Source: an uncultured delta proteobacterium (lineage in GTDB: Bacteria > Desulfobacterota > RBG-13-43-22). From it: a stretch of DNA of 64,000 nt. This document shows, in pieces, positions 57,807-64,000 of the stretch. Under the pieces are notes generated by a model. It was not told where the DNA came from. It saw only the letters and a list, made by a program, of their open reading frames with translations, and did no database searches. The translations under genes and the position numbers were made by a program. Each line of letters begins with the position of its first letter. Position 1 is the first letter of the stretch. The stretch covers positions 256,001 through 320,000 of the forward strand of contig CAWJJC010000020.1 of the NCBI GenBank assembly GCA_963843145.1, written 5' to 3'.

Positions 57807-59216
57807 ATGATTGAGATTCTTAAGGAAAGAAAAAACCAGGTTTTTCAAAAAGGGGCGGAAGAGGCAGACCGGAGCATTGTCTGTGAAAAGGCCAGTCTGG
57901 CCGGCTCCGTGAGCCAGCGGGCCTGCGTCTTTTGCGGCTCCCGGGTGGTCCTTTATCCCATAGCCGACGCCCTTCACCTGGTCCATGGCCCGGTGGGTTG
58001 CGCGGCCTATACCTGGGACATCCGGGGCTCCCTTTCCTCCGGCCCGGAACTCCATCGGTTGAGTTTTTCCACGGACCTCCGGGAGGAAGAAGTCATTTAC
58101 GGCGGGGAGAAGAAGCTGTCTGCCGCCCTGACGGAACTGATCACGACCTATGCCCCTAAGGCGGCTTTCGTCTATGCCACCTGTATCATTGGCCTGATCG
58201 GCGACGACGTCCAGGCGGTCTGTAAAAGGGTGCAGGCAGAGCAGGGTATTCCGGTCATTCCGGTACATTCGGAAGGGTTCCGAGGGACCAAAAAAGACGG
58301 CTACCGGGCCGCCTGTGAGGCCCTCTTCCGACTGGTCGGCGAAGGCGGTGAGCAGCCCAGGCTGCCTCTGAGCATCAACATCCTGGGGGATTTTAACCTG
58401 GCCGGAGAGACCTGGCTGATTAAAGAATATTACCGGCAGATGGGGATACAGGTCATCTCCTGTATCACCGGGGACGGCCGAGTGGATGAAATACGGGCCT
58501 CCCATCGGGCTGGTCTCAACGTGGTCCAGTGTTCCGGGTCCATGACCCAACTGGCCAAGATGATGGAAGAGACGTACGGCATTCCCTTCAAGAGGGTCTC
58601 CTATTTCGGCATCGAGGATACGGCCGAGGCCCTCTACAGCGTGGCCCGTCATTTTAACGATTCTACGGTAATGAAAAAGACGGAAGAGCTGGTCAGGACC
58701 GAGGTCAACCGCATCTATCCCGAGGTGGAGCGGACCCGAAAGGCCCTGGAAGGGAAGCGGGCGGCCATTTATGTGGGCGGTTCTTTCAAAGCCTTTTCCT
58801 TAGTTAAGGCCCTGCGCCACTTGGGCATCCAAACGGCCATTGTCGGCTCCCAGACCGGCAACTCGGAAGATTATGAGTATCTGAAGGAAATATGTGACGA
58901 AGGCACCATCATCGTCGATGATACCAACCCGTTGGAATTGTCGCGGTTCATGATGGAAAAAGAGGCCGATCTGCTGATCGGCGGTGTCAAGGAAAGGCCT
59001 ATCGCTTATAAAATGGGGGTGGCCTTCTGCGACCATAACCATGAACGAAAGACACCCCTGGCCGGGTTTGAGGGCATGGTTCATTTTTGCAGGGAAGTCT
59101 ATGCCTCCATGATGAGCCCGGTCTGGCAATTTTCTCCGGCCCGGCAAAAACGGTCATCCCTTAGGAAGGTGGAAAATGATAGCCTTGAAAGAAACAAACG
59201 AGTCATCCTATCCTGA
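57807..59216 (+). CDS. nifE: FeMo-cofactor scaffold NifE
   Basis: SQRACVFCGSRVVL, HGPVGC, TCI.GLIGDD, VQCSGS. Confidence 0.95.
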   Translation: MIEILKERKNQVFQKGAEEADRSIVCEKASLAGSVSQRACVFCGSRVVLYPIADALHLVHGPVGCAAYTWDIRGSLSSGPELHRLSFSTDLREEEVIYGGEKKLSAALTELITTYAPKAAFVYATCIIGLIGDDVQAVCKRVQAEQGIPVIPVHSEGFRGTKKDGYRAACEALFRLVGEGGEQPRLPLSINILGDFNLAGETWLIKEYYRQMGIQVISCITGDGRVDEIRASHRAGLNVVQCSGSMTQLAKMMEETYGIPFKRVSYFGIEDTAEALYSVARHFNDSTVMKKTEELVRTEVNRIYPEVERTRKALEGKRAAIYVGGSFKAFSLVKALRHLGIQTAIVGSQTGNSEDYEYLKEICDEGTIIVDDTNPLELSRFMMEKEADLLIGGVKERPIAYKMGVAFCDHNHERKTPLAGFEGMVHFCREVYASMMSPVWQFSPARQKRSSLRKVENDSLERNKRVILS

Positions 59217-60567
59217 GTTAACCTCCAGGAACTTTACGGCCACGCGGAACGCCTGCAAACTCTGCGCGCCTTTGGGGGCCGGCATCGCCTTCCGAGGCAT
59301 CGAGGGCTGCATCCCCTTGATCCATGGCTCCCAGGGCTGCTCCACCTATATTCGGCGGTATGTCATCAGCCATTTTAAGGAGCCGATTGATATCGCCTCT
59401 TCCAACTTCAGCGAGCAGAGCGCCATATTCGGCGGTGGCGATAATCTGAAGAAAGCCCTGGACAACCTCATTCGGCAATATCGCCCCGAAGCCATTGGGA
59501 TCGCCACGACCTGCCTCTCGGAGACGATCGGGGATGACGTCGGTCTTTATCTCAACGAGTACGTCAAAGAGAAAAAGGACCAAGACCTCCCAGTCCTCAT
59601 CCATGCCGCTACCCCCAGTTATCGGGGGACTCACCTGGAGGGTTTTCAGGAGGCCGTGCGGGCCACCGTCAAGGCCCTGGCCGCCGGCGGACCCCGGGGC
59701 AAAAATATCAATATCCTGCCCGGTTTTCTCTCGGCCGAGGATCTGCGCCATCTCAAAGAGATCCTGGGTGATTTCGGCCTGGCTTATACCCTGCTTCCGG
59801 ATTACTCGGAGACCCTGGACGGAGAATCGTGGGCCGAATACCAGAAGCTTTCCGCAGGCGGTACGCCGATTAAGGCCATCAGAGATATGGGCCGGGCCCA
59901 GGCCACAATCGAATTCGGTAAAAGCCTTAAGGGGCTTAAAACCGGAGCGGCCTTTTTGGAAGAAAAATTTAAAGTGCCGGCCATGACCCTGGGGATCCCA
60001 ATGGGCATCAGGGAGACGGATATATTTATGAAGACCCTTCAGGAAGTGTCCGGGGCGACCCTGCCCCAAAAATACGAAAAAGAACGGGGCCGTTTGATCG
60101 ACGCCTATATTGACGGACATAAGTATGTCTTCGGCAAACGGGCGGTGGTTTATGGAGAAGCGGATTTTGTGGCGGCCATGACCTCCTGGCTGGATGAGAT
60201 CGGGATCATTCCGGTCTTGTGCGCCACCGGGGCCTGCACCGGGAAATTTAAAGAGACCATTTTGTCCGGTCTCGGTGACGGCCGGGAAGAACCCATGATT
60301 TGTGAAGATACCGATTTTGCCACCATGCTGGAAACGTGCCAAGGCCTGGGGGTCGATTTCGTCCTGGGTCACAGTAAGGGCTATTTCCTGTCCAGAAAAC
60401 TGGGGGTTCCTTTGGTCCGGGTGGGGTTCCCCATCCATGACCGGATCGGCGGTCAGCGCCTTCTTCATGTGGGCTACCGGGGAACCCAGCAGCTCTTCGA
60501 CCGGGTGGTCAATGCCCTGATTGAAACGAGTCAAGAACGATCCGCGGTGGGATACAGTTACATTTGA
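59176..60567 (+). CDS. nifN: FeMo-cofactor scaffold NifN
   Basis: NACKLCAPLGA, HGSQGCSTYIRRY.ISHFKEP.DIASS, GFPIHDR. Confidence 0.93.
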   Translation: MIALKETNESSYPELTSRNFTATRNACKLCAPLGAGIAFRGIEGCIPLIHGSQGCSTYIRRYVISHFKEPIDIASSNFSEQSAIFGGGDNLKKALDNLIRQYRPEAIGIATTCLSETIGDDVGLYLNEYVKEKKDQDLPVLIHAATPSYRGTHLEGFQEAVRATVKALAAGGPRGKNINILPGFLSAEDLRHLKEILGDFGLAYTLLPDYSETLDGESWAEYQKLSAGGTPIKAIRDMGRAQATIEFGKSLKGLKTGAAFLEEKFKVPAMTLGIPMGIRETDIFMKTLQEVSGATLPQKYEKERGRLIDAYIDGHKYVFGKRAVVYGEADFVAAMTSWLDEIGIIPVLCATGACTGKFKETILSGLGDGREEPMICEDTDFATMLETCQGLGVDFVLGHSKGYFLSRKLGVPLVRVGFPIHDRIGGQRLLHVGYRGTQQLFDRVVNALIETSQERSAVGYSYI

Positions 60568-60578
60568 TGGAGGTGCTT

Positions 60579-61838
60579 ATGAATCTCGAACATCATCCCT
60601 GTTTCAGCGAAGGGGCCAAGCATAAATATGGAAGGATCCATCTGCCGGTGGCGCCAAAATGCAATATGCAGTGCAATTATTGCAACCGGGATTTTGAATG
60701 CGTCAATGAATCCCGGCCCGGCGTGACCCGGACCGTTCTTACTCCCCGGCAGGCGGCCGATTATCTGGACGCGGTTTTAGCAAAGATCGAAAACATCGCC
60801 GTCGTCGGTATTGCCGGACCCGGTGATCCCTTCGCCAACGGGAAGGAGACCGTCGAGACCCTGCGGTTGGTGCGGGAAAGACATCCGGAGATGATGCTCT
60901 GTCTGGCCACCAATGGGCTGGCCCTGGCCGACTACATTGACGATCTGGAAACATTAAAGATCAGCCACGTAACGGTCACGGTCAATGCCGTGGACCCGGA
61001 AATCAGCCGTCCTATCTACGACTGGGCCAGGGTAAACCAGAAGATGTACCGGGGCTTGGATGCCGCTCGGATCATCCTGGAAAAACAGCTTGAGGGTATA
61101 AAACTCCTCAAGGACAGGGGGATCGTGGTGAAGATCAACACGGTGATCATCCCCGGCATTAACGACGGCCATGTCGAGGCCATCGCCCGAACCATGGCGG
61201 ACTTGAAAGCCGATATCATGAATGGCATACCCCTTTACCATGTAGCCGGGACTCCTTTTGCGGACAAAAAATCTCCGTCAGTAGCCGAAATGACGGCCAT
61301 CAAAGAAAAAATTAAACGCTTTCTGCCGCTGATGGGACACTGCAACCGTTGCCGGGCCGACGCCGCCGGGCTGATCGGACAGCCCCAGGCCAAGGAAGTA
61401 ATGGAGTTGCTGAAAAAGGCTGCGGAACCCAAGGTGGCGGCCGATCGGCCCTATGTGGCGGTGGCCAGCAGGGAAGGCATCTTCATCAATCAGCATCTCG
61501 GTGAAGCAACGGAACTGTGGATATTCGGAATTCGGAACGGAAAGATGGAACTGCTGGAGCGGCGTTTTACGCCTTCCTCGGGAAGCGGCCCCGAGCGTTG
61601 GGCGGAGATGGTCAAGGTGCTACACGATTGCAATTCCGTCCTGGTCAGCGGTATCGGGTCTTCCCCCCAACAGGTCCTGGAACAGGCGGATATCCGGGTA
61701 GTGGTGATGGAAGGGCTGGCCGCTGAAGGGGTGGAGGCGGCGCTGTTGGGTAAAGAGATACCCAAAATACTCCTGCGCACACCGGGGCGCTGCGGCATTG
61801 GTCAGCAGTGCAGCGGGACCGGCACCGGGTGCGGATGA
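60579..61838 (+). CDS. nifB: FeMo-cofactor biosynthesis radical SAM protein NifB with C-terminal NifX-like domain
   Basis: HPCF, RIHLPVAPKCNMQCNYC, ESRPG, AGPGDP, C.RCRADA, NQHLGEA. Confidence 0.96.
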   Translation: MNLEHHPCFSEGAKHKYGRIHLPVAPKCNMQCNYCNRDFECVNESRPGVTRTVLTPRQAADYLDAVLAKIENIAVVGIAGPGDPFANGKETVETLRLVRERHPEMMLCLATNGLALADYIDDLETLKISHVTVTVNAVDPEISRPIYDWARVNQKMYRGLDAARIILEKQLEGIKLLKDRGIVVKINTVIIPGINDGHVEAIARTMADLKADIMNGIPLYHVAGTPFADKKSPSVAEMTAIKEKIKRFLPLMGHCNRCRADAAGLIGQPQAKEVMELLKKAAEPKVAADRPYVAVASREGIFINQHLGEATELWIFGIRNGKMELLERRFTPSSGSGPERWAEMVKVLHDCNSVLVSGIGSSPQQVLEQADIRVVVMEGLAAEGVEAALLGKEIPKILLRTPGRCGIGQQCSGTGTGCG

Positions 61839-61959
61839 GAAGCAGCACGTTGTGTGTTACGCGTTCGGTGTCCGGCGAAAACAACCTCATCTACTTCGGG
61901 GGTGATAGACGAAGCCTGAAAGGTAACGATTGGAGCCAGTCAAAAGAACGGAGGGAAGA

Positions 61960-62268
61960 ATGAAAAAACCTAAGCATCATATCTTTGTCTGCGGGAGTTT
62001 TCGGGCCGGCGGCGCCCCTCAGGGGGTCTGCCACAAAAAGAATTCCATGGATCTGCTTCAGTACCTGGAACAGGAACTCTCGGACCGTGGTTTAACCGAC
62101 GTGGTGGTTTCCAGCACCGGCTGTCTCAAGATCTGTGATACGGGACCTTCCCTGGTCGTCTATCCGGAGAACTGGTGGTACGGCCGGGTCGAAACCGAAT
62201 CGGCCATTGATGAGATCATCGAGGCGCTGGAAGAAGGAAAGCCGGCTCGGACATACTTGATCGGGTGA
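61960..62268 (+). CDS. Thioredoxin-like [2Fe-2S] ferredoxin (nif-associated)
   Basis: HIFVC.S.R....GVC, TGCLK.C..GP..VVYPE.WWY. Confidence 0.88.
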   Translation: MKKPKHHIFVCGSFRAGGAPQGVCHKKNSMDLLQYLEQELSDRGLTDVVVSSTGCLKICDTGPSLVVYPENWWYGRVETESAIDEIIEALEEGKPARTYLIG

Positions 62269-62311
62269 TTACCCTTTTCGTCATTCCTGGCCAACAGGGT
62301 GGACGGACCGC

Positions 62312-62593
62312 ATGAAGACGATCACGAATTTTATTCAAGCACGAATACGGTTTGACCGCAATGAACGCTCCGGGGCCTTCGGGGACATCGGCACCGACCT
62401 GCCCCTGATCATCGGGATGAGGGATATGGCCCCATCCAAAAACAATTTTGTAATAACGGTCCTGGTAGCCCTGGCCGCCGTCTGTCTTCCCTATGGCTAC
62501 CTCATTGGAATGGCCGCTGGAACGGCCCTTTATTATATCCAGGAAAAAAGGAAAAGATTTTTTTTCACTCCGCCCGGGAGGGCGAGAAGATGA
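62312..62593 (+). pseudogene. Sulfate/molybdate (MOT-like) transporter remnant with large in-frame deletion
   Basis: RFDRNE.SGAFGDIGTDLPLIIGM N-terminal motif fused to a last-TM segment (LPYGYLIGM..GT.LY); only 93 aa. Confidence 0.65.
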
Positions 62594-62695
62594 AAGACCT
62601 CACCAGGGAAAACCGGGTCTGCTTCGAGGTAGACTCCCCGTTGGCCTATGTGAAAACCACTGGGATCCCTTGTCAGGCTGATTATCTTTCAGCGC
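62590..62695 (+). pseudogene. Fragment of a pyridoxamine-5'-phosphate-oxidase-like flavin-binding protein
   Basis: EN.VCFEVD..LAYV.....PCQA.Y.S motif, then runs into non-coding AT-rich DNA. Confidence 0.5.
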
Positions 62696-62737
62696 GGATT
62701 AAGAGAAAAAAGAGGGACAGAAAGAAAAACTCTAAAA

Positions 62738-62871
62738 ATACAAAAATGAAACAAATAAAAAAAATATTACATTTTCGAAATTATCATCAGCCTGTCGAAA
62801 TTCTCGGCCTTAAACATAATATATTGAAATAACTTGTCAAATTTATTTACTCCGGATGGCATGGTTCCTGC
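62738..62871 (+). promoter_or_regulatory. Sigma54 promoter of amtB (62857) with tandem upstream activator sites (62738, 62767)
   Basis: TGGCATGGTTCCTGC; ATACA-N4-TGAAA and TTACA-N4-CGAAA 15 bp apart, same geometry as 49777-49913. Confidence 0.72.
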
Positions 62872-63132
62872 TTTAGCCTAGAAACAAGATTTGTTGGATC
62901 CGGAAACCAATAATTCACCCATTTTGTTTTGAGGAGCGAAGAAGAAAGGGGAAGGGGATGAAAAGGAGATTGTCAAACAAGAACCTGGAAGGAGCATAGC
63001 CCGGAGGGCCTCGGGCCGGGCACCAGCGCTAACGGATGACCATAAGGAACCATTCTCAAACCGTTCTTCAAAGGGTTTAAAGATTTCAAAAAACTACCTT
63101 TGAAGGAATTATTAAATTATTAGGAGGAACCC

Positions 63133-64000
63133 ATGAAACGAATAATACTCATTTTAGTCATGATCGGCCTGTTTGGTGCGATGGGGGTTTTATATTGGAA
63201 CAGCCTCAGTCTGGCTGACGAAAAGCCGGCGCCCGGAGTCAGCGAACAGACCCAACCGGCCGCTCCGGCGGCTGCGGTTCCCCTGCGGCACCGGCTCCGG
63301 CGCCGGAGCTCAAGCCGGACCCGACCGGGGCGAATACCGGGGGAGCGGCGGATGTGATCGGCGCTTCCGCGGGCGCTCCAACCAAAGAGGACCTGGAAAA
63401 GCTATCCAAGACTGAGCCGCTGGCCGCTAAACTGGCCGACGTCATCGGCCACAACCGGATAGCCATGAATTTTGTTTGGACCCTGATAGCGGGCTTCCTG
63501 GTTATGTTCATGCAGGCCGGGTTCGCCATGGTGGAGAGCGGTTTCACCCAGGCCAAGAACGCCGGGCACACCATGGCCATGAACTTCATGGTCTATGGCC
63601 TCGGAATGCTCGGTTACTGGATCTGCGGCTTTGCCCTGCAGATGGGCGGCGTCGGCGCCGGCCCCCTCAGCGGCGGAACGGCGCTTCTCACCAACGAATT
63701 CACTATCAACCTTTTTGGAAAGGATTTCGGTCTTTTCGGTACGTCGGGTTTTTTCCTTTCCGGTGTGAGCTACGATGCCGCGATTTTCACCCTCTTTCTG
63801 TTCCAAATGGTCTTTATGGACACGACGGCCACCATCCCGACCGGCTCCATGGCTGAACGCTGGAACTTCAAGTCCTTTGTTATCTACGCCTTTTTTGTGG
63901 GCGGTATTCTTTATCCCTTATTTGCCAACTGGGTCTGGGGCGGCGGCTGGCTCTCGCAACTCGGGAAGAATTTCGGCCTTGGGCACGGGCACGTAGATTT
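63133..64000 (+). CDS. amtB: Ammonium transporter (3'-truncated by window edge; frameshift near 63285)
   Basis: Signal and Pro/Ala linker, then in a shifted frame NFVWTLIAGFLVMFMQAGFAMVESGFT.AKNA, FLFQMVFMDT.ATIPTGSMAERW, NWVWGGGWL, GHVDF. Confidence 0.92.

Noticed and set aside
57222-60534. Long antisense ORFs (476 aa and 438 aa) opposite nifE/nifN, and similar shadows elsewhere
   Set aside because: Expected from GC-rich codon bias on the coding strand; no recognisable motifs
60564-60581. nifN-nifB fusion by read-through
   Set aside because: nifB is in a different frame and has its own GGAGG RBS before ATG 60579

Overview
This window looks like chromosomal DNA from an anaerobic deltaproteobacterium (Desulfobacterota-like); that assignment is inferred from gene content and repeat families. 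In order it holds: (1) the jag-mnmE-rsmG remnant without mnmG; (2) a malic enzyme; (3) a degenerate chemosensory-like module (pseudo-receiver-CheW fusion plus a divergent soluble MCP-like protein); (4) dinB; (5) a radical SAM/ATP-grasp block facing a FabG-ACP-thioesterase-Lol-like ABC block; (6) an accessory region with toxin-antitoxin modules, MITE/REP-like repeats, decayed genes, CoA/2-oxoacid enzymes, hydrolases and a Tat-exported molybdo-flavoenzyme; (7) a nitrogen island with a porin-like gene, a degenerate P-II, nifA, nifH-nifI1-nifI2-nifDKENB, fdx and amtB, driven by three sigma54 promoters. The strongest finding is hidden from the ORF track. At 24018-24723 a MerB (organomercurial lyase)-like gene has both catalytic-cysteine positions encoded by in-frame UGA codons, and each UGA is followed after 11 nt by an fdhF-type SECIS hairpin, so it is probably a double selenoprotein. 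It sits directly upstream of a DUF3786 gene. About ten single-base frameshifts in otherwise intact genes suggest assembly indels, so pseudogene calls based only on frameshifts are tentative. No rRNA, tRNA or CRISPR array was seen.
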